Below, piece by piece: positions 51,013 through 64,000 of a DNA stretch of 64,000 bases. The notes under the pieces were generated by a model. That model saw only the letters and a program-made list of their open reading frames with translations, was not told the origin of the DNA and did no database searches. Where the stretch lies: positions 63,612,001 through 63,676,000 of the forward strand of contig NC_042997.1 in assembly GCF_006345805.1 (NCBI RefSeq). Reading direction: 5' to 3'. Position numbers and translations under genes: made by a program. The DNA comes from Octopus sinensis. Lineage: Eukaryota. How positions within the stretch are numbered: position 1 is the stretch's first letter; each line of letters starts with the position of its first letter.

Positions 51013-52924
51013 CCTTGTTTGTTTTTTGTGTAAATGTTGTGGAGGTGCTACATTTAGAGTGTGAGAAAAATAGGTGGATTTACTATATGTTACGATACGC
51101 TCTTTGTGTTGAAGTGAAATGATTGAAACATTTTATTTTCAGTTAGGAAGAGCGTATTATTATTATTTTGTTCGCCTTTCTTACATGAATGGGAGACGTA
51201 ACATATTGTCAGCCGAGCATAATTAGCACTGAATTGTATCAATGTTAACGAATTACTGACTTTAAACTAGGCGTTTCTAGGAAAGGAGATGAAAATTGAT
51301 TTGATGATACTCACATTTCCCAAACGGCTGTGAAGTACGTACTCACTCAATGAATCTGCAGGAGATAACAGTGTTTCATGGAAATGCTAACCGTTTAAGT
51401 TCGACTCGGTCCTTCAAGTTTTCGGTTATGAGATTCTATATGATAACATAAAGAGTGAATAGGCTCCTGAGTTGTTTATTCCGTACACATCCTAATACGT
51501 TTGCATGATCCCATACTATTTGGTAAAGTTCTATTTCATCTCACTATAAACGGAATGTTAACCGACGTTAGACAAATGTTCCTGATGAAAGATACAGGAG
51601 TTAAGTACATAGAATAAATCAGGAAGACTAGATTTTAAGCACTAAATGGATACTCTAAATCCTTCCCAGTTTTACTCACCCCCAAATTATATTAATTGTT
51701 ATCATGCATATTAATTAGAAATGCAATATTTAATGCTCGACTAAATAGTTCATAAAATATTAAACATTTTTATCTGAGTGTTTTTCTATAGCTAATATTG
51801 CAATTTCGGTCCACCTAACTATAAATCGTACGTAACTCTGCTGTATATAATATATTTCAGTTTCCTTCATCGGGTTTCAAAAAGACAATTTTTTCTATTT
51901 GAAAAATCCGAATGTGTGTCCTATAAGACACATATACCAACTCTGACAAGGAGTTCTAAGTTGACATATATGCTGATTGTGACAGAGCTAACAAAGAGTT
52001 AACGAAGTAGAAAATAGAAATTGAAGGCAGTAAAGAAATTATAACAGATAAATCAGTGTTTCAAAAATATCGTATTTATAACGAGCGTAATATACAGGAT
52101 TCCTAATATATAACATAAATGAATAGTTGATGCGTATGATATGCCCTCTAATTTTAGGCGTACTAGTTTTCCAGTTGTTGAAATAAATCGCATTTATCTC
52201 ACTTCCACCGCATAATAATCGATATTTTCTCATTTATATTCCTTTCCTTGTTGCCATGATATAGGTTTATAACATCAATTCATAGAATTCTTAATGTAAA
52301 ATTACACTTAACTCTATTCTCTATTCCTCTAGAAACGAGAAAAAAAAAATAACCCAACGCAGCAAAGATCAGAACTACTTAAAGTAATATTCTCAGATCA
52401 ATGTGATCTTTATATCGTACGGAAAATAATTGTAGTAGGTGATATGACGATCAAACAGGTGACAAAAAATAATATTATTAATGAATATATTATGAAGCGA
52501 TGACATTCTTATTGTAATGTATCAAGTATGAAGTAGCATTATTATACTGAAGAAGATAACAATATTGTAGAGGCAAGAAAGAGCAAATCTAGATGAAAAG
52601 ATGCAATATAGAGGTATTCACAGCAGAATTAATGAAAAATCTGTCATAAAATACTTTATGGATCTGTTAACAATTCCTCATGATATTGCAATTCTATTGA
52701 CAATGACCTAATAAAACCCATGAAACAGAGAATTACCTATTATCCCTAAATTTCCTTTTGTCGCTCTTCCTTTGTGCCAGCAATACGCACACACACAAAC
52801 ACACACATACACACCCACAAAGACACAAATAAATACACACAAGCAAAAACACACACTCACGTGTGTGTGTGTGTGCATGTGTGTGTGTGTGTGTGCATGT
52901 GTGTGTGTGTGTGTGCATGTATTG

Positions 52925-53279
<355 letters not shown>

Positions 53280-54237
53280 TAGAAGAAATAAGGTACTCAG
53301 AAATGTGGATGCTTTTATATTTACAGATTTATTTTATATGTCACATGTTTTTATAAATTATATATTAGCGCTTGTATCTAATCTAGTAGACTCTTTAGAT
53401 TTGATTGTGGTTGAGAGGATTCCTCTCTTTTTCATAGTATTATAAAGTGCGTGGGCTTGAGGAGAGATATAGGATAGTAAAATAGGGTGAGGAATGGGGA
53501 GAAAGTGAGACAGTGTGTGTGTTTTTTTGTGTGTGTATGTGTGTGTGTGTGTATGTGTCTGTGTATCTGAAAGGGGTGTCAATGGAAAAGTGAAGGAACG
53601 AAAGAAGGAAGAGAGAAAGAATACAAAATTTGTTTACATCTTTACAGGTGGTGAGTTCCTTCAATAGAAAGGGATGAGTTGATTCTAGGCCTTTAAAAAG
53701 TGGTAAAATCAGGGGGCCACTCCGAGGAAGGTCTTGATAAAAGTTATTTTTCAAAAAATTGTCTGGATTTAATATCATCATCATCATCATTCTCCTGCGA
53801 GAGAGTGTGTGTGTGTTTTATGTATGTGTGTCTGTGTGTGTGCGATTTACCATTTTAAAGGTCAAGAATCAGCTCATCACTTTCTATTGAAAGAACTCAC
53901 CACCTGTAAAGATGTGAACAATTTTTTTCTTCTTTCTCTCTTCCTTCTTTCTTTCCTTCTCTTTTCCATTGACACCCCTTTCAGATACACAGACACAGAC
54001 ACAAATACATACACACACACACACACACACTCTCTCTCTCTCACTTTCTTCCAATTCCTCACCTTTTTACTATCCTATATCTCTCGCCAGAGGAATCATC
54101 TCAAATACAATCAAATCTGAAGAGTATACTACAGTAGATGCAAGCACTTATATATGATTTATAAAAACATATGACATATTAATAAACATCTGTAAATATA
54201 TAAGGAACCAGATTTCTGAGTACCTTATTTCTTCTAA
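53280..54237. repeat. ~960-bp diverged fold-back element (arms ~410-430 bp)
   Basis: 53280-53712 is the reverse complement of ~53830-54237, with shared blocks CTTTCTATTGAA.GAACTCACCACCTGTAAAGATGT, TTTTCCATTGACACCCCTTTCAGATACACAGACACA and ATTTCTGAGTACCTTATT; one arm has a ~30-bp indel. Confidence 0.9.
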
Positions 54238-54309
54238 TATATGTATATGTGTGTGTGTGTGTATACATATATATATATATGTATATATGTGTGTGTGTAT
54301 ACATATATG

Positions 54310-54500
54310 TGTATACACATATAACGTGACACAGAGCGTGTCAAGGTCGACCCTTTGAAATACAGATACAGCTCATTTTTGCCAGCTGAGTGAACTAGAG
54401 CAACGTGAAATAAAGTGTCTTGCTCAAGAACACAACGGGTCGGCAAGAATCGAACTAACGACCATACAATCGTGAGCCGAATGCCCTAACCACTCAGCCT
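54310..54500 (-). mobile_element. OR-like tRNA SINE
   Basis: GCCAGCTGAGTGAACTAGAGCAACGTGAAATAAAGTGTCTTGCTCAAGAACACAAC..AATCGAACT..CCCTAACCACTCAGCC. Confidence 0.8.
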
Positions 54501-54507
54501 TCAATTT

Positions 54508-54556
<49 letters not shown>

Positions 54557-54719
54557 CATACATACATATATATCTATGTATGTATATACATACATACGTA
54601 CAATTTGAATGCTCTAGAAGAGCATTCAAATTGTCGGTAGCTACGTGTTCCTTGGAAATACCATCAACGGAAGGAAAGAAAGAACAAAGGAAATGTCGAA
54701 AGACGTAATATTTTCATGG

Positions 54720-56611
54720 CAAAAAAATTAAATTTTCCATATGTATAAATTCAAAATGTACAAGCAAATGTAGAAAAAAGTGCTGAATACCTAAGATGAA
54801 TGATTAAAACGAAGAAAATACGATTCATTGAAAAGAATATTTGACATCACAAAGGAAAACGGTGAATGGTTGTGCAGTGAGGATGAAAGGTTATATTATC
54901 TTCAAATTGAAAGGAAAGGGCAGTTTGGGTATGAAACTGGAAATGCAGCCAGTTCCAAAACTCTCCATCCAAAAGAAGAAACGTGCCCTTAATGCCAACT
55001 TCAACCAGATCAACTCCAATGTCATCGTGAGCGTCTGAAGCAGAGACTGAAAGTGAATATCAAGAATCCGAAAAATCAGATGAAGAATCCACACAAACAA
55101 GGAGGAAGTATAGCAAAACAGGAACTGCAACCAAGTTACCAATATCTTCCAAGATATCAACCCACAAAGAGCAACAGTTTGTCGACAATTATCTCAAGAT
55201 GGAATCGATGTCGAGACTGCTTCCCAATCTGGTAGTTACAGATGGATTATCAAAGAAGCTATTAAACTAAAACAGAAAATGAAGAACACACTACATTTAG
55301 AAAACTGACCATTGAATTTTGATGGTAAACGTATTGATGACCAAGAATACCAAGCGCTAGATTTAAAGAATGAACAGTGAGAAGTTAAATTTAGAAGCAC
55401 TCCATCTACGAAACGGAAAAGCCAATACTGTCGTGAAAGGAATAACAACAGCTTTAGATGAATAAAATTTAGGGATCTGCATAAAGATAATTGTCGCTGA
55501 TCCGATGTGTGTGAACACTGGGAAAAGAAATGGCATTGTCATTCAGTTGCAAAAGGATTTGAAAGAACTGCAATTTATTGGTTGTCAGCATCATATCCTC
55601 GATAGATTTCTACGTGTTGTAATGGATAACGAACTTCAAGAAAAAAAAACATCAGCTCCCAATATTGAATATACATTAATCTTAGAGCTTCTCAGCAATT
55701 ACGAGAAGCTCCAGGCTAATGTTAAGAAAAGTGAAGAAAATATTACTCAATCAGCAGAATAGCACGATGACATGAAACTTCTAATTCATTTGAGCAGAGA
55801 CTTTCGTTTCTTTGAAGAAACTGGCAAATTTCCTACTGTAAAGTTTCAAAAAACACCCAACTTAAGTAATGCAAGATGGAATTCTCGAGCTATACTAGCT
55901 CTTTTGGCATTTATTCCTCTACCAGGTAAAAGAGATTCACTTCTAAATGTTTGTCGATTTTGCGGCAGATTGTTGGTTTACTAATCATATGTTCGATGCA
56001 CATGATTGTCAGAAGTTAAGTGGTAGCCTGCAAGTTCATAAAATAGCATTGAGCAGGAAATTCCGAGAACAAATCATCAGAGTGCAGAACGAGCAATCAA
56101 ATGCATTGAAGATCTTTATGAAGCTTTTAAACAGAAGGAGACACTTCAGCGTCGATGTATTTTATCCAATAAAACATTAATTCTTTGTTTGCTAACATTC
56201 AGCACACTTTCTCATATATAGTTATTTAATATTGGAATTAACCTATAAAACCTATAAAGATTAAAACATGTATTATTTTTAATTTTGTATGTTATCCAAT
56301 GATTGCAGTGGTCTCTCTCTTAAAATAGCATAGTTTTGAGCCTTTGCATAGAGCAATTTCAATTCAGTAATCGTAAAAATGTATAAATGCACTTGGATTC
56401 CACATCTCTCTTGCGTTTACAACGATTTAGGCTGCGGAAATACTGAAGTGAGAAGCTAGTGCTACTTAATGATTATAGTTTAAAAAGCCCATAACTCTGA
56501 AACTCCTTCAACTAGAAAGCTGAAATTTCAGATATATTATTTCTGCATCGTCTTGATTCAGCATACCGATTTTGGTGAAAACATGAGCATGCGTTATTAA
56601 CCCGCACCCTA
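54720..56611 (+). mobile_element. Degenerate hAT-like (hATm-type) DNA transposon
   Basis: IGCQHHILD (CxxH) and SNARWNSRAILALLAF (RW) motifs in broken frames; right end CCCGCACCCTA, i.e. a TAGGGTG terminus on the - strand. Left TIR not found. Confidence 0.65.
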
Positions 56612-56872
56612 GAATTTTGCATGATTTGGGACAAAAGCGGGGATCAATTTCTTCAGTTGGGGCTTACATTTTTTCAAATAAATTATTCATCGAATTTCAC
56701 TATAGGGGTATTAAATTGGGAAAAAGTTATAACCTTATATGTATATATATATATATGTGTGTGTGTGTGCAAAATACATCTATATTTATATATATATATG
56801 TATGTATATATATATATATAATATATATATATATTATATATATATATATATATGTGTGTGTATATATATATG

Positions 56873-56950
<78 letters not shown>

Positions 56951-56999
56951 AAGTTAATCCAAACAAGAAAGCACAAAAAAAACACAACAACGCAAGGAC

Positions 57000-57160
57000 G
57001 TGAAACAAATATAATATTATTGGACGCTCAGGAAAGAAGGAGAGAAGGAGGGCTTAACGTTTCGAGCGGAGCTCTTCGTCGGAAATATAGGAGAAGGAAA
57101 GATACAGAGAAGAGAAGACAGAAGATAAAAAATCGCCAACGGTACACACGAGGTCACATT
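57000..57160 (-). mobile_element. PLE 3'-terminal fragment with hammerhead motif
   Basis: - strand TTTCCGACGA A GAGC TCC GCTC GAAAC GTT AAG..TTTCCTGAGCGTCCAATAATA, related to 22505-22580. Confidence 0.75.
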
Positions 57161-57165
57161 TTGAA

Positions 57166-57198
<33 letters not shown>

Positions 57199-57231
57199 AA
57201 CATATAAATATATATATATATATATATAATA

Positions 57232-57268
<37 letters not shown>

Positions 57269-57270
<2 letters not shown>

Positions 57271-58775
57271 AGTGTGTGACAAAATAATGGAAACACCTAG
57301 AATCATAGCATCATAATTTTGAAATTCTTTCTTTATTCTTTCTTTATTCTTTTATTTGTTGCAGTCATTTGACTGCGGCCATACTGGACCAACACCTTTA
57401 GTTGAGCAAATCGACCCCAGGACTTATTCTTTGTAAGCCGAGTACTTATTCTACCTATTTCTCTTGTCGAACCGCTTCTTTCAGTTTCCGTCTGCTAAAT
57501 CCACTTACAAGGCTTTTGTCGGCCTGAGGCTATCGTAGAAGACACATGCCCAAGTTGTCACGCAGTGGGACTGAACCCGGAACCATGTGTTTGGTAAGCA
57601 AGCTACTTACCACACAGCCACTCCTGCGCCTATATTTATAATATCTATAAAATCTTCAAAAGCTTGTTTAGTTTTATATTTTTTGGTTCATTATTAGTGT
57701 TGCTTAATTTGTTTTGCTAAAATTGCTGTTTCTTTTCAGATATCATCAGAATAGGTAATTAATTTTCATTAAAATAACAGATCTATCGGCCTTTCAAAGA
57801 GGTCAAATTGTTGGTGCTGATATGGCAGGCGCTAGTAGAATGAAAACAGATGAAATGTTTAGTGCATCAAGACGTACTGTCTCAAAAGTAATGACAGTCT
57901 TTCACAAAGAGGGTCAAACCTCCTTGTCGCAACAAAACTCCGGAAGAAAGCCAGAACTTTCAGATAGGAACCGTCGGATTCTTACGCGAATTGTTAGAAA
58001 GGATCACAAAAGTACAGCTCCCAAAATTGCTGCAGAGCTTAATTACTATCTCGGGAACCCAGTTTCCACAAACCTCTACGCTAGGGGCTGCACAAAGCCG
58101 GATTTCACAGGAGGGCTGCGATCAGAATACTACTACTTTCAAAAACAAACGTTGCAAAGAGTTTACAGTGGAGTAAAAACCTACATAATTGGCCCCTAGA
58201 GTAGTGGAAGAATGTTATTTTCTCGGATGAATTATCCTTTACCTTATTACCGACCACCGGCCTAGTATACGTGTGGAGACAGCCAAAAGAAGCATTTGAC
58301 CCAGACTTCTTTCTTCCAACTGTTAAACATAGACGAGGATATGTGATGATCTGGGGCGCTATATCTTGGAATTCCGCCGGCTCAATGGTTTCCCTTCATG
58401 GCAGAATTAATAGTCAAGTCTATTTAAGCATTTTATCTAATCAAATTTATCCTATGGTTGGGAAACTGTTTCCGGAGAGAAGCACAATCACTCAGGACGA
58501 TAATGCACCAATTCACACTGCTAAAGTTGTTACTGAATGGCACGAGGAACATTCTTGTGAGGTTGAACATCTTATTTGGCCACCACACTCCCCAGATCTC
58601 AATATTATTGAACATTTATGGCGCATTTTAGAAAAACGAGTAAGGAGTCGATATCATCCACTATTATCACTACAAGATCTGGAGACAGTTTCAGCTGAAA
58701 CAATTCAAACTTTGTATGATTCCATACCTCATATAATTCAAGCTGTAATTACTGCCAAAAGTGGTCCTACCGAAT
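57269..58775 (+). mobile_element. Degenerate Tc1-type transposon interrupted by a SINE
   Basis: TIR-like AGTGTGTGACAAAATAATGGAAACACC; LSAFQRGQIVG; FSDE; VMIWGAIS; QDDNAPIHTAK; WPPHSPDLNIIEHLW. Confidence 0.9.
57330..57630 (-). mobile_element. OK-like SINE (internally deleted) nested in Tc1
   Basis: Tail at ~57355, head ends GCCACTCCTGCGCC at 57630. Confidence 0.85.
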
Positions 58776-58837
58776 ATCTACCTTTATATACATATATAGA
58801 GATATACATATGTCTATATAAATATATGCATACATAC

Positions 58838-58907
<70 letters not shown>

Positions 58908-59052
58908 CATATACATATACATAAATATATAAATAAATAAATATGTAACTATATATATAGATAAATATATACACAAATAAATATATAAATATATAAATAT
59001 ATAGATAAATATATATATATATATATTTATAAATATATAAATAAATAAATAA

Positions 59053-59105
<53 letters not shown>

Positions 59106-59160
59106 GAAATATTACAGTTCTAAATCTCTCAGAGAGATTTGTATAGTATCATCACGATAA

Positions 59161-59304
59161 AATGTGGTAGTCTCAGGGAAGGGGAAAATGCTACTGCTAC
59201 TTAGCCCCAGGAAACACTGTTTCCAGTTGGGCAGCCAAATGGAAATGGTTTTTCCTGGGACCAAATAACAGTAGCATTTCCCCCTTTCCTGGGACTACTA
59301 CATT
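59161..59304. repeat. ~145-bp imperfect palindrome (MITE-like)
   Basis: AATGTGGTAGTCTCAGGGAAGGGGAAAATGCTACTG..CCCAGGAAA vs reverse complement of TTTCCTGGGA..CAGTAGCATTTCCCCCTTTCCTGGGACTACTACATT. Confidence 0.85.
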
Positions 59305-59442
59305 AAGTCGGCAACAAACCATCACTTGGTATATATATATATATATTTATATATATACTCATACATATTTACACCTCACATTAACTATTAAATCTATTGT
59401 ACTTGTATTTGTTTATATATTATATATGAATATATATATATA

Positions 59443-60119
59443 CACGATGGCTGTCCCCTCGTTATCGAGTATGCCCATTGCACGAAGCTTAACTGTTATT
59501 TGTGCTGTGATCGAATGTGACTTTTTAGCCCAGCTAAAGATCTACAATGTCTTGTACAGTGTTGGCAGCTAAACCCTTGACCGGCTGGGGTTGTAATTGG
59601 GCTTCATATACCTTTCCATATCGTTTAAGTCCTCCTGCTGATTTACACTCTCTTCCACATGCCTGACAGATATTATTAGTATGGTGTTTAACACCACCAC
59701 CAGTGGCCAGGTTGTCACTCATCTGTCTCGCTTTATGACTACGAAAATGACTCTTGAGTCCAGATTTACTGAGGCAGAGTCTTGCACAGACATTGCATGT
59801 CAACATTATGGGAAGACCCTTCCTATCTGGAAGTGTAACAGCGATGTCCTTCCTGACATCCCTCCTTACTTTCTCATGCGCAACTCGAGATTTCTCAAAA
59901 GTAGCTGTCCCCTCGTGCAAATCCTTCTCCACCTGCTACGATCAATAGCTATGCCCTCCCATGTGTCAGGAGAGATGCAAGGATCTCTTAAAGAAGCCTT
60001 CAGTAAGACCTTATACCCCTTTTTGGTTGATGTGGAGGTCGTTCTCCTTTAGCTAACTCTCCAAAAACTAGTTGTTTTGGGATTCTTGAATCCTTCATCC
60101 TGACCAGATGGCCACTCCA
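59443..60119 (-). mobile_element. 3' fragment of an RTE-clade LINE
   Basis: WSGHLVRMKDSRIPKQLVFGEL..GERPPHQPK; C-terminal CNVCARLCLSKSGLKSHFRSH and CQACGRECKSAGGLKR; ends ..GGACAGCCATCG into (TA)n. Confidence 0.85.
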
Positions 60120-60170
60120 TATAGATACATACATACATATATATATATACATACATACATACATACTTAC

Positions 60171-60254
<84 letters not shown>

Positions 60255-61151
60255 GTGCGTAGAAGGTAGAAAAGTCGATATGTATAAGGAAAATAAGACA
60301 AGGTAGAAAATGGTAAGATAATTTTATCATGAAATATATTTTAGTACCGAATTCCATCTTTAAGACATTTTCAACGGAGAGTAGAATAAGAAAAAATATT
60401 TAAATTGGAGAGAATATTTTGTAGGTATTCCCATTTTCCTTAAATAGGTAAATATTTCGATAGTTTTCAGATAACCTGTCCCTCTTTCTATTCATTTGTG
60501 AATGCATCGTAGGTGGGTAGTAGTAATACATTGGGTACAGAGAATTGATGGTTTAAGCAAGATCAGCCGAGGGAGGAGAAGGAGATAGAAAAGAAGAAGA
60601 AGAAGAAGAAAAGAAGAAGAAGAAGAAGAAGAAGAAGAAGCTGAAGAAGATGAAGAAGAGGAAGAAGAAGAAGAGGTGGAAGAAAAATAAGAAGGATGGT
60701 AGGGAGAAGGAGAGGAAGAAGAAGAAGGAATAGAACTAGAAATCTAAGAAGAGTAGGAGGCGGAGAAGCAGAAGATGGAGAAAGAGAAGTAGGAGTAGGG
60801 AAAGAAGAGAGAATAGGATAAAGAAGAAAAGAAAAGGAAAATACAGGAGTGCTGTGGCAAAGTAAATTGTTCGTGGAATCTTCTTTAATGGTCAAATGAC
60901 CTAAAAGTGACCTGTTGTTGTCGTAGTTGTTTAGTTTAATCATTGTTTTAGGTGTTTAGTATTCTTAGTTATAGTATATCAAACAATGTGGCGTGCTGGC
61001 AAATTCGTTACTAGTGTCACTGTGCCGATAGTAGAATGATAATCATTTCACTTTGTGATAGTTTGTGCTACAGACGTCCGTGTGTCTTTATATTATAGTA
61101 AACCCCATGGTCTGCACATATGTAGGTCTAATGTTAAGTTATAGACATAGT

Positions 61152-61360
61152 TAAGGCGGCGAGCATGCAGAATCGCTAGCATACCGGGAGAAATGCTTAG
61201 CGGTATTTCGTCCGTCTTCACGTTCTAAGTTCAAATTCTTTGCCTTTCATCCTTTCGAGATCAATAAAATAGGTACCAGTTGAGGTTTGGGATCAATCTA
61301 ATCGGCTAGTCCCTTCCTCCAAAATTGCTAGCTTCGTACCAAAATTAGAAATCAATTAGA
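61152..61360 (+). mobile_element. SINE, third family
   Basis: AAGGCGGCGAGCATGCAGAATCGCTAGC..ACGTTCTAAGTTCAAATTC..GCCTTTCATCCTTTCG..CCAAAATTAGAAA. Confidence 0.7.
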
Positions 61361-61390
61361 AATCAATTTTAGGTAATAGATATAAGTTCA

Positions 61391-61442
<52 letters not shown>

Positions 61443-61454
61443 CAGATATATATC

Positions 61455-61609
61455 TGTAAAATAATATGTGACAATTATTCGGTAGCAAAGATAAAACTCT
61501 GAGTTTCGGATGCCAGATAACCGAAGAGATGGTGACGTGGATTTCCACCTCGGTATCCGAAACTCATTTTCATCTTGGCTACCGAATAATAGTCACATAT
61601 TATTTTACA
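61455..61609. repeat. 155-bp palindromic MITE-like element
   Basis: TGTAAAATAATATGTGACAATTATTCGGTAGCAAAGAT..TGAGTTTCGGATGCC / GGTATCCGAAACTCA..ATCTTGGCTACCGAATAATAGTCACATATTATTTTACA. Confidence 0.9.
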
Positions 61610-63360
61610 AATAAATTCCTCTATCTACATAATATTGAGGCCACCTTCTTTCTTTTGTTATCTTACCGTTGTTACCAATATATATATATACATATATATA
61701 TATATATTCCCATGGGTAACCACGCAGATACAAGCAATCGCGTCAGGGCGCAAGGCCTATTGATTAGGATGTTGCTGTTACGGTCGTAAGATCGTTGTTT
61801 CCATTCAGGGAACGAATGTTGCGTTTTTTCTGGAGCAAAACACTTCCTGTTGCCCTGAGATCATTTCGACACCTGACGTATTGTACATAGTGCACCTATT
61901 CAGGCAACGTGAAATATTAATATAAAATATAATATAGTAGACCTCCAAATTTTACCAAACAATGAACTTATCCAACGAAGACAAGAGAATATTCTATTCA
62001 TACATGCATGTATACCTGCTCATAAATGAGCCCTTCCACGAACCAGAACGCATGTGTGAATGTATAGTGCGTGTGCGAGTGTAATTGCTTGAGGTGATAG
62101 CAGAGTCTCGTAGTCCGAGGATGACACTTTAGAATATCTTCCAATTGCTTCTTGGCTCTCTTTTAACAGGACTCAGTTTTAACTGGCTGGTGTCTTGATA
62201 ACTAGTATGTAGGATGAGAAAATTATTCTCCCTCATAGTACCAAAGACATCCCCCACATTTTCTATGAAAAATCAATAGATCTATAAATGTTTTCAAATA
62301 TTACAGGAATGAGAGTTGCCATAGATTTACATGCCGTCAGAGCATGATAACGTCAATGCAATTCATGATAGTTTAATGTTTGCAAGTACACGTTTGTAAT
62401 GAAGGCATAAATGGAGGGTCGTAGAACTGAAAAAGAAGTGTTTGGGCCAAGTGTTTAGTGGGTTACACAGATGAGTGGTGATAAGAGAAAGTCAAATACA
62501 TACTTTATTCTAAAGTAAAATATTCAAATATTTTATTGGTTCACAGAAATAGTACAATGTATTATTTTCTCTGTCTTATATACGTATATATGTCATTTTA
62601 AAGTATAGATGTTATGACTGATTTGATAAATCTACCCCAATAATCTATTTCTTCTTCTGTTCAAAACGAAATATTCTCCATTATTTTAACATAATTAAGA
62701 GGAATTGACTTCTAATGGGAAAAAACTCATCTTAACAACTGCATATCTACGTAAGACAGATACTATCGTTTTAAAAAAAGATATGAAACAATTTAACTTG
62801 AAGGAAGTGACTAATGTAATAATTCTTGACTTAATTAACACTGAAAAATTCCAAAGAAAATATAAATAACTCCTTTTTATAACTAGAAACAGTGGAACTT
62901 AATAATTTTGAAATGAAAATAGAAATACTAAATTTATTAGTTTCTCGGTTCAAACTTATTTGTAGTCTATAATGAACAAATTAGTTTTAATCTCATCACG
63001 TTTTCCTTTTCTTATTAAGAATGCTTCATTTATTTATATTTCTTTTATTTCCATTTTCAACTAACAATGTATACAGAAATTCATTTAATTTGAAAATTTT
63101 AAACTAAAATTTTAATCTATATATGTATTAGTTTTAAAACAATATATTATTAATTTTAATACAGCAATAATGGTAGACATACTGATATCGTGACACACAT
63201 TTTCCTTTTGTGATGGGAAAATTAAAGCCCTTAAACTGATACTATGTATAGCAATTTCTGACTTACGGAGGGGTCAATAATGAAATATTCTTGCAGCTAT
63301 GATAGGTTGTCATACTCCGGAAAATCATCTACGAGTTCGGTTCAATTCTTTTCACTCTAT

Positions 63361-63600
63361 GTATGAGTGGGTGCTGAAAATTCCTTGGTTTTCGGTAAAA
63401 GAAAATACAGGAGGATCAGTTAATTATAATTTTATTCAACGTTTTACCACTCAGATTCACCCACTTATTGCAGTGATCTGCCAGGTTTCCTATGCCCTGT
63501 AAAAGAACTCGGAAGTTCACGAGACCCTTAAAGCCAGAAAATGTTCAGCAACCCTTCGTAACATAACGGGGAAGAAGGATTAGTGTTTCACGCAATTGTA
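63361..63600 (-). mobile_element. Mariner right-end remnant
   Basis: TATGAGTGGGTGCTGAAAATTCCTTGG (TIR-like) then TTTTATTCAACGTTTTACCACTCAGATTCACCCACTTATTGCAG, which reads as the mariner C-terminus on the - strand. Confidence 0.55.
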
Positions 63601-63789
63601 CGAGCATGAAAGCTGTGACCAAGTCTTGGTTTGTACTGAATGATGTTGATGAAGAGGATCATCGTTGACATGGTTAAACAAACAATCTCAAAAAGTCGAG
63701 ATTCACAGTACAGTTTGTACTATTCGTCCTTTCGATAGCTTAATACAATACATAGCTCGTGAGATCGTCGATCGGGTGATGTTCCTTAG

Positions 63790-63950
63790 TCACCGTCTCA
63801 CTTCTGTATGCCAATCCGTCGCATGGTTGCCCATTTATTGCTGACTGGACTGAAATGTTTTTGCTCAAGAACACAAAGCACACTTTATCTGGGAATCGAA
63901 ACCATGGTCTTGCAATCAGGAGTGCAATGCCCTAACCACAAGGCGATGCA
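63790..63950 (-). mobile_element. OR-like tRNA SINE
   Basis: CTGACTGGACTG..TTGCTCAAGAACACAA..GGGAATCGAAACC..CAATGCCCTAACCACAAGGCGATGCAC. Confidence 0.75.
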
Positions 63951-64000
63951 CGTGACTTCACTGACTTAATAAGAAATGCGGTATATATATATATATATAT

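Noticed and set aside
60560-60850. Hydrophobic or Glu/Lys-rich ORFs and CTGAAGAAG as a hammerhead core
   Set aside because: GAA-rich low-complexity tract; no stem II or GAAAC partner.

Overview
Eukaryotic, repeat-saturated, AT-rich DNA with no securely identifiable host gene. The SINE families and (AT)n/(CA)n density point to an octopus (coleoid cephalopod) genome; this is inferred from repeat recognition. Most supplied ORFs are microsatellite translations. Real coding signal comes from mobile elements: two 5'-truncated Penelope-like elements (PLEs; RT + GIY-YIG), CR1/L2-type, R4/Dong-type, Tx1/L1-type and RTE-type LINE remnants, and mariner, Tc1, hAT-like and one unassigned transposase remnant. 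SINEs and MITE-like palindromes are also common. The most interesting signal is a PLE-centred RNA system. (1) Seven type-I hammerhead ribozyme motifs (six loci, one mirrored) mostly share a CUGANGA+A core. (2) A 2.09-kb near-perfect non-coding palindrome (883-2973) carries a near-intact hammerhead at each outer end. (3) A tRNA-headed SINE-like element (15326-15668) has a hammerhead-containing body. (4) One PLE 5' end is joined to a fresh inverted duplication of its flank, folded back around a (TA)n tract (5900-6431). (5) One PLE terminal repeat holds five CCAAT+CRE modules, then TATA, Inr, a Kozak ATG, a splice donor and a downstream hammerhead. All motif and structure calls were made by eye and need computational and experimental confirmation. 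Element boundaries are approximate unless stated as exact.
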